Assembly: GCA_963205025.1 (NCBI GenBank)
Contig: CAUJHO010000005.1
Coordinates: 56,708-120,707, forward strand
From: Pseudomonadota bacterium
GTDB taxonomy: Bacteria; Pseudomonadota; Alphaproteobacteria; Caulobacterales; Caulobacteraceae
DNA length: 64,000 nt
Direction of reading: 5' to 3'
Below the pieces are notes generated by a model. That model saw only the letters and a program-made list of their open reading frames with translations. It had not been told where the DNA came from and did not search any database. The translations under genes and the position numbers were made by a program. This document shows positions 9,651 to 19,055 of this stretch, piece after piece (positions within the stretch are counted from its first letter, which is position 1; every line of letters begins with the position of its first letter).

Positions 9651-11321
9651 ATGATGCCGATGATCGACGACCGATGGATCGAGGGCTGGCGCGGGCCGCT
9701 GCTGGCGGCGCTGATCGCGCTGATTGCGGGCCTGCCGACGGTGCTGACGCTCGGGCCGCTGGATCGCGACGAGAGCCGCTTTGCCCAGGCCACGGCCCAG
9801 ATGCTCGAAACCGGCGACTTCGTCGACATCCGCTTCCAGGAGCAGCCTCGCCACAAGAAGCCGGTCGGCATCCACTGGCTCCAGGCCGGAGCCGTCAGCG
9901 TGTTGTCCGATGTCGAGAACCGCGACATCCGGCCTTACCGGATTCCGTCGCTGCTGGGGGCCATGCTGGCGGCGGCGGCCTGTGCCTGGGGGGCCGGCCT
10001 GGCCTGGGGTGCGCGCACCGGGGTGCTGGCCGGGGCCTTTCTGGGTGCCAGCTTCCTGCTGTCGTCGGAAGCCGGCATCGCCAAGACCGACGCCATGCTG
10101 TGTGCGACCATCACGGTGGCCATGGCGGTGCTGTCACGGTTCTATATCGCGCACCGCGAATCTGCGCCGGTGCCGACCCGACGCTACAAGCTGGCCCTGT
10201 GGGGAGCGGTGGCCATCGGCGTCCTGATCAAGGGGCCGATCATCCTGATGGTGGTGGGGCTGACCCTGGTGGCGCTGGGCGTGTGGGATCGTCAGTGGCG
10301 CTGGATGAAGGACATAGGCTGGGGCTGGGGCCTGGTCCTGACGGCGCTGGCTGTCGGCCCCTGGGCCATGGCGGTGACGGTGCGAACCGATGGGGCCTTC
10401 TGGGGCACCGCCCTGGGCGGCGATCTGTTTCCCAAGCTGGTCGGGGGCCATGAACGTCACGGCGGCCTGCCCGGCTATTATCTGTTGCTGTCGCCCCTGC
10501 TGCTCTATCCGGCGACCCTGTTGCTGCCGGCGGCGGCGATCACCGGCTGGACCCGCCGGGCCGAGCCCGCGGTGCGGTTCGCCCTGTGCTGGCTGATCCC
10601 GACCTGGCTGGCGTTCGAGCTGTTTCCGACCAAGCTGTGGCACTACACCTTGCCGACCTTCGGGGCGATCTGCTGGCTGATGGCGCTCAGCGTGTCCCAG
10701 CCCCTGACCCTGTGGGGCCGTCGGATCGGGGCCGGGCTGATGATCTTCGGGGCGCTCCTGATTACCCTTCTGGTCGGTTATGGATTCTCTGAGTTCGGCG
10801 GCCAGGCGGATCAGATCTGGGCGGCGCTGACCATCGGGCTGGCCCTGATCGGGGCGGGTATCGCCGCCTTCTTCCTGCTGGGGCGCGAAACCGATGCGGC
10901 GGTCGCCACAGCCCTGGGCTTCGGCCTTCTGACCCACATGACCTTTGTGTTTCTGCTGGGTGGGCTGGGCGATCTGTGGACGGCACCGCGCCTGACCCAG
11001 GCCATCCACGAGGCGGGCCTGCATCCGATGGAAGGGCGCGCGCCCGGCGCGGTGACCCTGGCGGGCTATTCCGAGCCCTCGGCCGTCTTCCTCCTGGGCA
11101 CCGATACGCGACTGGGTGACGGAGCCGACGCCGCCCGCGCCGTCGCCGCCGGCCGGGTCGCCGTGGTTGACCAGAGCCAGCAGGCCGAATTCGACGCGGC
11201 CGCATCGGCCCTGTCGATCACCCCTCGGCCCGTGACCGTGGTGGAGGGATTCAACTATTCCAACGGCGATCCCCTGCACCTGTCGGTCTATGGACCGCTA
11301 AGCGAGGAGACCCCGCGATGA
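9651..11321 (+). CDS. ArnT/PMT-family (GT-C) membrane glycosyltransferase
   Basis: DRDESRFAQATAQMLE, RHKKPVGIHWLQA, KTDAML, LIKGP and TKLWHYTLP motifs; many TM helices. Confidence 0.9.
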   Translation: MMPMIDDRWIEGWRGPLLAALIALIAGLPTVLTLGPLDRDESRFAQATAQMLETGDFVDIRFQEQPRHKKPVGIHWLQAGAVSVLSDVENRDIRPYRIPSLLGAMLAAAACAWGAGLAWGARTGVLAGAFLGASFLLSSEAGIAKTDAMLCATITVAMAVLSRFYIAHRESAPVPTRRYKLALWGAVAIGVLIKGPIILMVVGLTLVALGVWDRQWRWMKDIGWGWGLVLTALAVGPWAMAVTVRTDGAFWGTALGGDLFPKLVGGHERHGGLPGYYLLLSPLLLYPATLLLPAAAITGWTRRAEPAVRFALCWLIPTWLAFELFPTKLWHYTLPTFGAICWLMALSVSQPLTLWGRRIGAGLMIFGALLITLLVGYGFSEFGGQADQIWAALTIGLALIGAGIAAFFLLGRETDAAVATALGFGLLTHMTFVFLLGGLGDLWTAPRLTQAIHEAGLHPMEGRAPGAVTLAGYSEPSAVFLLGTDTRLGDGADAARAVAAGRVAVVDQSQQAEFDAAASALSITPRPVTVVEGFNYSNGDPLHLSVYGPLSEETPR

Positions 11322-12235
11322 GCCGCTCCATCGAAATCGTCGAGGTCGGCCCGCGTGACGGCCTCCAGAACGAGAAGACCGTCATCTCGACCGAAGACAA
11401 GATCGAGCTGATCAACCGGCTCGAAGCCGCCGGCTCCAGGCGGCTGGAGACCGTTTCCTTCGTCCATCCCGGCCGGGTGCCCCAGATGGCGGATGCCGAG
11501 GCGGTGATGGCGGGCCTGGCTCTCAATCCCGACGTCACCCGCATCGGCCTGGTGTTGAATGTGCGCGGCTGGGACCGGGCGGTCGAAACCGGCGTCGATC
11601 AGGCCAATGTCTCCATCGCGGCCTCGGACGGCTTCGCCCTGAAGAACGCCGGCCTGACCGTGGCCCAGCAGGTCGAGATGCTGGGTGAGATCGTCGGCCG
11701 GTCGCACAATATGGGCGGCGCGCCAGGATCAGGTCCGGCGGTGACGGCCATCATTTCGACGGTCTGGGGCTGTCCCTTCGACGGCGAGGTTTCCGACGAT
11801 CAGGTCGCAGCCGTTGTGCGCGACGTCGCCGCCCTGGGCGTTCAGGAGATCGGCCTGGCCGACACCATCGGGGTGGGCGATCCCTGGGCCGTGCGCCGCA
11901 AGATCGAGGTCGCGAAAAAGGCCGCGCCAGACGCGACACTGCGCCTGCATTTCCACGACACCCGCAACACGGCGATGGCCAATATCTTCGCCGGGGTCGA
12001 GGCCGGGATCGACGTCATCGACGCCTCGGTCGGGGGTATCGGCGGCTGTCCCTTCGCGCCGGGGGCCACCGGCAATGTGGCGACCGAGGATGTGGTCTAT
12101 ATGCTCGGTCGCGCCGGCTTCGAGACCGGCTATGATCTCGACGCCCTGATTGAGACGGCCCGCTGGATCGGCGAAAGGATCGGACGTTCCAGACCCTCGG
12201 CCCTGTCGCGGGCCGGCGGCTGGCCCAAGACTTAA
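11318..12235 (+). CDS. Hydroxymethylglutaryl-CoA lyase
   Basis: EVGPRDGLQNE, LADTIG, LHFHDT and GGCPFAPGATGNVATED motifs. Confidence 0.93.
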   Translation: MSRSIEIVEVGPRDGLQNEKTVISTEDKIELINRLEAAGSRRLETVSFVHPGRVPQMADAEAVMAGLALNPDVTRIGLVLNVRGWDRAVETGVDQANVSIAASDGFALKNAGLTVAQQVEMLGEIVGRSHNMGGAPGSGPAVTAIISTVWGCPFDGEVSDDQVAAVVRDVAALGVQEIGLADTIGVGDPWAVRRKIEVAKKAAPDATLRLHFHDTRNTAMANIFAGVEAGIDVIDASVGGIGGCPFAPGATGNVATEDVVYMLGRAGFETGYDLDALIETARWIGERIGRSRPSALSRAGGWPKT

Positions 12236-12247
12236 GAACCGCTCGCA
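12233..12247 (+). promoter_or_regulatory. Possible Fur-type box upstream of sdhB
   Basis: TAAGAACCGCTCGCA is a 10/15 match to the TGCGAATCATTCGCA-type alphaproteobacterial Fur/Mur palindrome as I recall it; lies about 15 nt upstream of a TTGCAC -35-like hexamer at 12263. Confidence 0.3.
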
Positions 12248-12319
12248 ATTCCGCACCGCCTCTTGCACGCCGGGTGATCAGGCGTAAGGAACGGACACGA
12301 CTTTCGACAGGCGAGTTTC

Positions 12320-13099
12320 ATGGTTCAGCTGACTCTTCCCCGCGGCTCCAAGCCCACCGCCGGCAAGCACTGGGCCGCGCGCGAAGGTGCCGGGAAGATC
12401 AAGACCTTCAAGATCTACCGATTTGATCCGACCTCGGACGAGGCACCGCGCTGGGACAGCTATGACGTCGCCGTCGAGGATCACGGCCCGATGGTGCTGG
12501 ACGCCCTGATCCACATCAAGAACACCATCGACCCGACGCTGTCCTTCCGGCGCTCGTGCCGCGAGGGCATCTGCGGCTCGTGTTCCATGAACATCGGCGG
12601 TCGCAACACCCTGGCCTGCATCAAGGGCTGGGATGAATATTCGGGCGACATCACCATCTCGCCTCTGCCGCATATGCCGGTGGTGCGCGACCTGGTGCCG
12701 GACCTGGCCGGTTTCTACGACCAGTATGCGTCGATTGAGCCCTATCTGCAGTCGGATACGCCCGACCCCGAGACGGAGCGGCTGCAGTCGCCGGAGGACC
12801 GGGCCAGGCTGGACGGGCTGTATGAGTGCATCCTGTGCGCCTGCTGTTCGACCTCATGCCCGAGTTACTGGTGGAACCAGGACAAGTATCTGGGCCCGGC
12901 GGCCCTGTTGCAGGCCTATCGCTGGCTCGCCGACAGCCGCGATGACGCCACCGACGCGCGCCTCGACAATGTCGAGGACCCGTTCAAGCTCTATCGCTGC
13001 CATACGATCATGAACTGCGCCCAGGTCTGTCCCAAGGGGCTGAACCCGGCCAAGGCCATTGCCGAAACCAAGAAGATGATCGCCTCGCGGGCGGTCTGA
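12320..13099 (+). CDS. sdhB: Succinate dehydrogenase iron-sulfur subunit
   Basis: [31 protein letters not shown] and [16 protein letters not shown] Fe-S motifs. Confidence 0.98.
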   Translation: MVQLTLPRGSKPTAGKHWAAREGAGKIKTFKIYRFDPTSDEAPRWDSYDVAVEDHGPMVLDALIHIKNTIDPTLSFRRSCREGICGSCSMNIGGRNTLACIKGWDEYSGDITISPLPHMPVVRDLVPDLAGFYDQYASIEPYLQSDTPDPETERLQSPEDRARLDGLYECILCACCSTSCPSYWWNQDKYLGPAALLQAYRWLADSRDDATDARLDNVEDPFKLYRCHTIMNCAQVCPKGLNPAKAIAETKKMIASRAV

Positions 13100-13105
13100 C
13101 GGCGG

Positions 13106-14494
13106 GTGCCGGTCGGTCCGACCTACCGCCCCGATCCTCTCTTCGCGGCGCTGGGCGACGAATATTCCGATGCGGTGGAGCCGGCCGCCTTTGCCGCGCA
13201 CATCGTCCGCTGGCGCGACCAGCGGGCCGCGTCGGAGGTGGGTCTGGACGGCCTGACCGAGGCCGAGTGGATCGATCATTTCGGCCGGTTCGAGTCCCTG
13301 CCGGGTCAGCCGAGGCCGCGGGCGATGCGCTATCACGGCCATCAGTTCCGCCACTACAACCCCGACCTCGGCGATGGACGCGGCTTCCTCGCCGCCCAGC
13401 TCCGCGACGATCGCGACCGCCTGCTCGATCTTGGCACCAAGGGTTCGGGTCGGACGCCCTGGAGCCGCGACGGCGATGGCCGACTGACGCTCAAGGGCGG
13501 GGTGCGCGAGGTTCTGGCCGCCGAGATGCTGGCTGCGCGCGGCGTGCCGACCTGCCGTATTCTCAGCCTCATCGAGACGGGTGAACAGCTGGTCCGCGGC
13601 GACGAGCCGTCGCCGACCCGGTCCTCGGTCATGGTCCGGCTGTCGCACAGCCATATCCGTTTCGGCACCTTCCAGCGCCTGGCCTACTTTGAGCGTACCG
13701 ACCTGATCGAGCCGTTGGTCGACCATGTCATCACGGCCTATCACCCGACCGCGACCGATGCCGCTTCAATGCTGGAAGGGGTGGTCCGGGTTCAGGCGCG
13801 GCTGGTGGCGCGCTGGACGGCTGCGGGTTTCGTTCACGGGGTGCTCAACACCGACAATCTGAATGTGACCGGCGAGAGCTTCGACTACGGCCCCTGGCGG
13901 TTTCTGCCCTGGCTCGATCCAGCCTTTACCGCCGCCTATTTCGATACCGCCGGGCTCTACAGCTTCGCACGACAGGCCGAGGCCGTGTTCTGGGCCCTGC
14001 GTCAGTTGGCGGCGACGCTCAGGCCCCTGGCCGAGGAACAGGCTCTGGTGGACGCCCTGAATACCTTCGGCCCAACCTATGTGACCGAAACCCAGGCCGC
14101 CCTGCGCGGACGCCTGGGTCTGACGGACGCCGGCGAAACGGCCGGCCAGCAGCTGGTCGACACGACCTTCGCCCTGATGGCACAGGGCGGCGAGGCGCTG
14201 GGCTTTGAGGGTGTCCTGTTTGACTGGTTCGGCGGCGAGGCCTCCGCGGCCCGCGCGCACGCCGGCCCGCGCGCGGCCCACTATGTCGGCGAAACCTTTG
14301 ACGCCTTCCGGCGCGCCGTTCAGGCCCATGACCCGGACCGCCCCGAACGGCTGGATCATCCCGGTTTCGCTCAACCCGAGCCGCAGGACCTGCTGATCGA
14401 TGAGGTTGAGGCGATCTGGAGCCGGATTGCCGAGGACGACGACTGGTCGACGTTCCAAGCCAAGGTTGCTGCGATCCGCGCCGGCGGCGAATGA
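13106..14494 (+). CDS. selO: Protein adenylyltransferase SelO/YdiU
   Basis: YHGHQF, LGDGRG, KGSGRTPWSRDGDGR, REVLAAE, HGVLNTDN and DYGP motifs; GTG start 6 nt after sdhB. Confidence 0.93.
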   Translation: MPVGPTYRPDPLFAALGDEYSDAVEPAAFAAHIVRWRDQRAASEVGLDGLTEAEWIDHFGRFESLPGQPRPRAMRYHGHQFRHYNPDLGDGRGFLAAQLRDDRDRLLDLGTKGSGRTPWSRDGDGRLTLKGGVREVLAAEMLAARGVPTCRILSLIETGEQLVRGDEPSPTRSSVMVRLSHSHIRFGTFQRLAYFERTDLIEPLVDHVITAYHPTATDAASMLEGVVRVQARLVARWTAAGFVHGVLNTDNLNVTGESFDYGPWRFLPWLDPAFTAAYFDTAGLYSFARQAEAVFWALRQLAATLRPLAEEQALVDALNTFGPTYVTETQAALRGRLGLTDAGETAGQQLVDTTFALMAQGGEALGFEGVLFDWFGGEASAARAHAGPRAAHYVGETFDAFRRAVQAHDPDRPERLDHPGFAQPEPQDLLIDEVEAIWSRIAEDDDWSTFQAKVAAIRAGGE

Positions 14495-14506
14495 TGGGTA
14501 ACGGAT

Positions 14507-14540
14507 AAAGAAAAAGGCCGGTGCTTTCGCACCGGCCTTT
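14507..14540 (-). terminator. Intrinsic terminator downstream of the cold-shock gene (possibly bidirectional with selO)
   Basis: Perfect 12-bp stem AAAGGCCGGTGC-tttc-GCACCGGCCTTT (14513-14540) followed by a T-rich run on the minus strand. Confidence 0.85.
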
Positions 14541-14562
14541 CACGCTCTGGTTCGACGTCGAC

Positions 14563-14775
14563 CTAATCGGCGGCGCTCAGATTGACGGCAGATTCCTTGC
14601 CGCTGCGCGCATCACGCTCGATCTCATAGTTGATCGTCTGGCCTTCGTTCAGCGAACCCAGGGTCGAACGCTCAACGGCGGTGGCGTGAACGAACACGTC
14701 CTTGCCGCCGTCAGCCGGGGCGATGAAGCCGTAACCCTTTACGCTATTGAACCATTTGACAGTGCCTTTAGCCAT
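14563..14775 (-). CDS. Cold-shock protein (CspA family)
   Basis: MAKGTVKWFNSVKGYGFI and DVFVH (RNP1/RNP2); 70 aa; GGAG RBS before the ATG at 14775. Confidence 0.97.
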   Translation of the reverse strand: MAKGTVKWFNSVKGYGFIAPADGGKDVFVHATAVERSTLGSLNEGQTINYEIERDARSGKESAVNLSAAD

Positions 14776-14960
14776 TTCAGTCTCCTTATGGCGATGCAGG
14801 TAAAACCCCCTGCGGGCCGTCGAGTTCTGAAGAGAATGGCTAGGTGACCTCGGTGCGCGAAGCAGGCGGGCAGCAGCGTTACGCACAGATATCGACGACC
14901 CCTATATAGGGCTTTGTGGCCACAATGACCACCGGCATCAATTTGGTCGGCGTTTGTCGC

Positions 14961-16466
14961 CTATTCCGCCGACTGGCGCGGCCCCGGTGCGGGGGCGCTC
15001 CCGGTCCGTGACGCCCGAATCCAGGCCGCCGCCTGATCCAGCACGACGTCTGCAGCCTCTGCGATCGGCGCGCGGGCCAGTTCGTGATCGGGAACGACGC
15101 CGGCCAGGCTCTCGTCGCCGTTGGGGCGGACGATATAGCTCTTGGGATACTCCACGCGCACACCTGTCTGCGGCAGGCTGAAGGCGAGCACTGACGCATA
15201 GGTGGTCGCCAGGTCGGCCGTCGGCTCGCCGACAATCTGTCCGAAGCCGTAGTCCTGGATCATGGCAGCCATGGAGGCGGCGTTGGAATAGCTGTGGCGA
15301 TTGACCAGGACATAGACGCGGCCGGTGAACCGCCGGTCCGGTCTGGGCTGAACATAGGGCAGGTCGAAAACATAGCGGGTCCCGTCGGGCTGGGCGGCCT
15401 CCGCTGCGGCGAGGGCTGCGGTCACCGGGTCGTCATCCGGGCCTGAATGATCGGCGTACCATGCCTTGCTCTGAGGGCTGGCGCGCAGGGTGAAACGCGA
15501 CGCGAACCGAAAAGGCCGATCTGCGAACCAGGCCACGATCAGGTCGCTGAAGCTGTTGTCGCCGCCGGGATTGTCGCGCAGGTCAATGATCAAATCCGTG
15601 GCCCCCGCCGCCAGCAAGCCGGTGAAGGCCCCATCGACAAAGGCGCTGAACGTCGCCGCGTCATAGGTCGGCGATTCGGACGGTGGAGCCTCGATCTCGA
15701 TGAAGGGCCCAGGCCGGAGATAGGCCACGGTGTCGTCGAGCATTCGCCAGCTGCGAGGGGCCCCCAGGTCGGGAGATGGTGTCGGATAGGCCTCATCCAT
15801 CGCCCAGAGATCGGAGATGGTGATTGCGGGGACATCCGCCTGGATCTCAAGGCCGGATTCATCCCGCGCCAGAACCCGGATCGAACGGGCTTCAGGAGCC
15901 AGGAACCAGAGGATGGCGGGAAAGCTCTCCTCGAGCTGGGCCTGCGCCATCTCGGGGCGATCCGCCGAGACGTAGCCGGAGGCCGTGTCGATCCAGGTTG
16001 AGATCGGCTGGTCATTCAGGGCAACGACCTCCATGCCGGCGCGAAGCCTCCCGTCGATGTCCGTCGTGCGGGTCAGCAGGACCCGCTGACCATCGACCCG
16101 AATGAAGATCGGAAGAAATCGACCGCCGCCGCCGAGGTGGCCCACGAAATGCTCCAGCGGCGCTTGGGTCCGGGCGTGGCCGACCCTACCGAACGCCAGA
16201 TAGCGTTGAAACAGGATCGCCGCCTCGGCGGCCGTCATGGGGCCGTCGATCTCGCGATGAAGGCTCTCCAGAAAGGCTTCGTAGGACATGCGATCCCGGC
16301 GCGCGTAGAGATCGAAATGCGCCTGCTCCATCTGGCGGTGCAGACTGTCGAGATCCCGGCGCACATGGTCTTGCGACAACAGGTCCTGGGCGTGGGAGGA
16401 CGCCGGCATGGTCAGGGGCACAAGCGACAGGGCCACCGCCACACAGACAGACTTCAGAATGGACAT
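14961..16466 (-). CDS. S41 family peptidase, secreted
   Basis: Signal peptide, PDZ-like middle, LIIDLRDNPGGD and YSNAA...GEPT catalytic-region motifs. Confidence 0.85.
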   Translation of the reverse strand: MSILKSVCVAVALSLVPLTMPASSHAQDLLSQDHVRRDLDSLHRQMEQAHFDLYARRDRMSYEAFLESLHREIDGPMTAAEAAILFQRYLAFGRVGHARTQAPLEHFVGHLGGGGRFLPIFIRVDGQRVLLTRTTDIDGRLRAGMEVVALNDQPISTWIDTASGYVSADRPEMAQAQLEESFPAILWFLAPEARSIRVLARDESGLEIQADVPAITISDLWAMDEAYPTPSPDLGAPRSWRMLDDTVAYLRPGPFIEIEAPPSESPTYDAATFSAFVDGAFTGLLAAGATDLIIDLRDNPGGDNSFSDLIVAWFADRPFRFASRFTLRASPQSKAWYADHSGPDDDPVTAALAAAEAAQPDGTRYVFDLPYVQPRPDRRFTGRVYVLVNRHSYSNAASMAAMIQDYGFGQIVGEPTADLATTYASVLAFSLPQTGVRVEYPKSYIVRPNGDESLAGVVPDHELARAPIAEAADVVLDQAAAWIRASRTGSAPAPGPRQSAE

Positions 16467-16571
16467 GGCCCCAGCCTTCCTCGCGGGACGGGCTGCGAAC
16501 AAGTTAAGCTTCCGTAAGGTCAAGGCCGTCGCGGGCCATGGCCGCCTGGGGGCGAGGGCGCAACCTTCCCC

Positions 16572-16587
16572 TTTACGTCAACGTCAA
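16572..16587 (+). promoter_or_regulatory. LiuR operator candidate
   Basis: TTTACGTCAACGTCAA resembles the LiuR palindrome TTTACGT-NN-ACGTAAA; 20 nt before a MerR gene heading acyl-CoA dehydrogenases. Confidence 0.75.
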
Positions 16588-16606
16588 CTTCGGCTAGTCC
16601 GAGGGT

Positions 16607-17086
16607 ATGACGGCTGATGATCACCGCACCTATTCCATTCGCCAGCTATGCCGTGAGTTCGGCGCGACGGCACGCGCCCTGCGCTTCTATGAGGACAAGG
16701 GCCTGCTGGACCCCGCCCGCAAGGGTCAGACCCGCGTTTATTCCTCGAAAGACCGCGCGCGGCTGAAGCTGATCATGCGCGGCCGCCGGATCGGTTTCAC
16801 CCTGGCCGAGATCCAGGAGATGATGGATCTGTACGACCGCAAGGAGCACAATGTGCACCAGATGGCGGTGGCCCTGCCGCGCCATCGCGCCCGGGTCGAG
16901 GCCCTGAAACAACAGCTCGATGACATCATGGGTGCCATCGAAACTGCCGAAGAAGCCTGCGACTGGATGGAGCGGACCTTGGCGGAACACCGCCCGGATC
17001 TCCTGCCCGGTGCCGAAGACTACGCCCGCCTCCTCAAGGAGCGGATGAACCCCGACCACGCCCGACCTTTCCAGACGAGAGCCTGA
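16607..17086 (+). CDS. MerR-family regulator, LiuR-like
   Basis: YSIRQLCREFGATARALRFYEDKGLL and RGRRIGFTLAEI; operon with acyl-CoA dehydrogenases and an upstream LiuR-like box. Confidence 0.88.
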   Translation: MTADDHRTYSIRQLCREFGATARALRFYEDKGLLDPARKGQTRVYSSKDRARLKLIMRGRRIGFTLAEIQEMMDLYDRKEHNVHQMAVALPRHRARVEALKQQLDDIMGAIETAEEACDWMERTLAEHRPDLLPGAEDYARLLKERMNPDHARPFQTRA

Positions 17087-17090
17087 TCCC

Positions 17091-18875
17091 ATGGCCTACA
17101 AAGCCCCTGTGCGCGACCTGACCTTCATCCTGTCTGAGGTCCTGGAAATCGACAAATACGCCAACCAGCCTGGGTTCGAGGACATCTCCTCTGAGCTGGT
17201 GCAGCAGATTCTCGAAGAGGGTGCCAGGTTCGCCGAGGAGGTGATCGCGCCGATCAACCACTCGGGCGACAAGGAAGGCTGCCACTGGGCCGAGGGTGGT
17301 GTCGTCACCGGACCCAAGGGCTGGAAAGAGGCCTATCAGGCCCTGGTCGCGGCCGGTTGGCCGGCCCTGTCGGCAGATCCGGCTTTCGGCGGTCAGGGCA
17401 TGCCCGCGGTCGTCGGCATGGCCTTTGGTCAGTTCACTGCGGGCGCCTCGGCGGCCTTTTCGATGTACCCGGGCCTGACCGCGAGTGCCTATGCCGGCAT
17501 CCACGCCAATGCTTCGGACGCGCTGAAGACCAAATACCTGCCCAAGCTGACCACCGGCGAGTGGGGCGGCACCATGAACCTGACCGAGCCCCAGTGCGGC
17601 ACCGATCTGGGCCTGGTGCGGACCAAGGCCGTGCCCCAGGGCGACGGCACCTACAAGATCACCGGCCAGAAGATCTGGATTTCGGCCGGCGAGCACGACT
17701 TCACCGACAACATCATCCACACCGTCCTGGCCCGCGTCGAAGGCGCGCCGGCTGGGATCAAGGGCCTGTCGCTGTTCCTGGTGCCCAAGTTCCTGGTCAA
17801 TGAGGACGGCTCGCTGGGTGAGCGCAACGCGCTGATGTGCACCGGCCTGGAGCACAAGATGGGCATCCACGGCAACGCCACCGCCGTCATGCAGTACGAC
17901 GATGCGACCGGCTGGCTGATCGGCGAAGAAGGCCGCGGCATGAACAATATGTTCGTGGTCATGAACGAGGCCCGCCTGGGCACCGGCCTGCAGGGCCTGG
18001 CCATCGCCGCCGCCGCCTATCAGGCCGCGCTGGAGTTCGCTCGTGACCGCCTTCAGGGGCGTTCCCTGACCGGACCCAAGAACCCGGACGGCCCCGCCGA
18101 CCCGATCATGGTCCACCCGGACGTTCGCCGGATGCTGCTGGAATCCAAGGCCTTCGTCGAAGGCGGCCAGGCCTTCATCCTGTGGACCGCGCTTCAGGCC
18201 GATCTGGAGAAGTCCGACGATGCGGCCACGGCCCAGAAGGCCAAGGACTACATGGGTCTGATCACCCCGGTGCTGAAAGCCTATCTGACCGACAAGGGCT
18301 TCCACGTCGCGTCCCTGGGCATGCAGGTGCACGGCGGCTCGGGCTATACCGAACACTTCCAGGCCAGCCAGTATCTGCGCGATGCGCGCATCACCATGAT
18401 CTATGAGGGCACCAACGGCATCCAGGCGCTGGATCTGGTGGGCCGCAAGCTGCCGGCCAACGGCGGCCGCGCCATCATGACCTGGTTTGCCGACATTGAC
18501 GCCTTCGTGGCCGAACATCGCGGCAATGCGGCGACGGATCCCTTCATCGACGGCCTCGACAAGGCCAAGGCCGCCCTGCAGGAAGGCTCTATGTGGCTGA
18601 TGCAGAACGGGATGCAGAACCCCGACAACGCCGGGGCCGCCTCGACCGACTATCTGCAGATCTTCGGCCTGACGGCGCTGGCCTATATGTGGGCCCAGAT
18701 GGCCGTCGTCGCCCAAGAGCAGGTTGAGGCCGGTTCGACCGACCCCTTCTACGCCACCAAGCTGCAGACCGGCCGCTACTTCGTCGAACGCATCCTGCCG
18801 GACGCCCGCGCCCATCTGAAGAAGATGCAGTCCGGGGCCGACGTCCTGATGGCCATGCCGGCGGAGGCGTTCTGA
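17091..18875 (+). CDS. Acyl-CoA dehydrogenase, long (about 590 aa) type
   Basis: GTMNLTEPQCGTDLG, GQKIWISAG, EHKMGIHG, QVHGGSGY and IYEGTNGIQ motifs. Confidence 0.95.
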   Translation: MAYKAPVRDLTFILSEVLEIDKYANQPGFEDISSELVQQILEEGARFAEEVIAPINHSGDKEGCHWAEGGVVTGPKGWKEAYQALVAAGWPALSADPAFGGQGMPAVVGMAFGQFTAGASAAFSMYPGLTASAYAGIHANASDALKTKYLPKLTTGEWGGTMNLTEPQCGTDLGLVRTKAVPQGDGTYKITGQKIWISAGEHDFTDNIIHTVLARVEGAPAGIKGLSLFLVPKFLVNEDGSLGERNALMCTGLEHKMGIHGNATAVMQYDDATGWLIGEEGRGMNNMFVVMNEARLGTGLQGLAIAAAAYQAALEFARDRLQGRSLTGPKNPDGPADPIMVHPDVRRMLLESKAFVEGGQAFILWTALQADLEKSDDAATAQKAKDYMGLITPVLKAYLTDKGFHVASLGMQVHGGSGYTEHFQASQYLRDARITMIYEGTNGIQALDLVGRKLPANGGRAIMTWFADIDAFVAEHRGNAATDPFIDGLDKAKAALQEGSMWLMQNGMQNPDNAGAASTDYLQIFGLTALAYMWAQMAVVAQEQVEAGSTDPFYATKLQTGRYFVERILPDARAHLKKMQSGADVLMAMPAEAF

Positions 18876-18884
18876 GCCTTCTGT

Positions 18885-19051
18885 CTTCTCCCCATGACGA
18901 AGGAAATGGGGAGGTGGCGCGGCGCGGATACGCGCCGTGACGGAGGGGGCGGCGCTGACGGGTCAGGTCGCCCTCAATAACCAGTCGGCGGAGGCACCCC
19001 CTCCACCACTTCGTGGTCCCCCTCCCCATCGCGGGGCGATGGGGAGGAGAA
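18885..19051. repeat. MITE-like intergenic element with terminal CTCCCC/GGGGAG hairpins (family A, copy 1)
   Basis: Left hairpin ctccccat...atggggag (18888-18913), inner arms GGAGGGGG / CCCCCTCC, right hairpin ctccccatcgc-ggg-gcgatggggag (19022-19046); 11-nt terminal inverted repeat with one mismatch. Confidence 0.8.
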
Positions 19052-19055
19052 ACAG

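Noticed and set aside
16509-16523. Second LiuR-like box (CTTCCGTAAGGTCAA)
   Set aside because: Needs a 1-nt gap to fit the palindrome; too weak to call.
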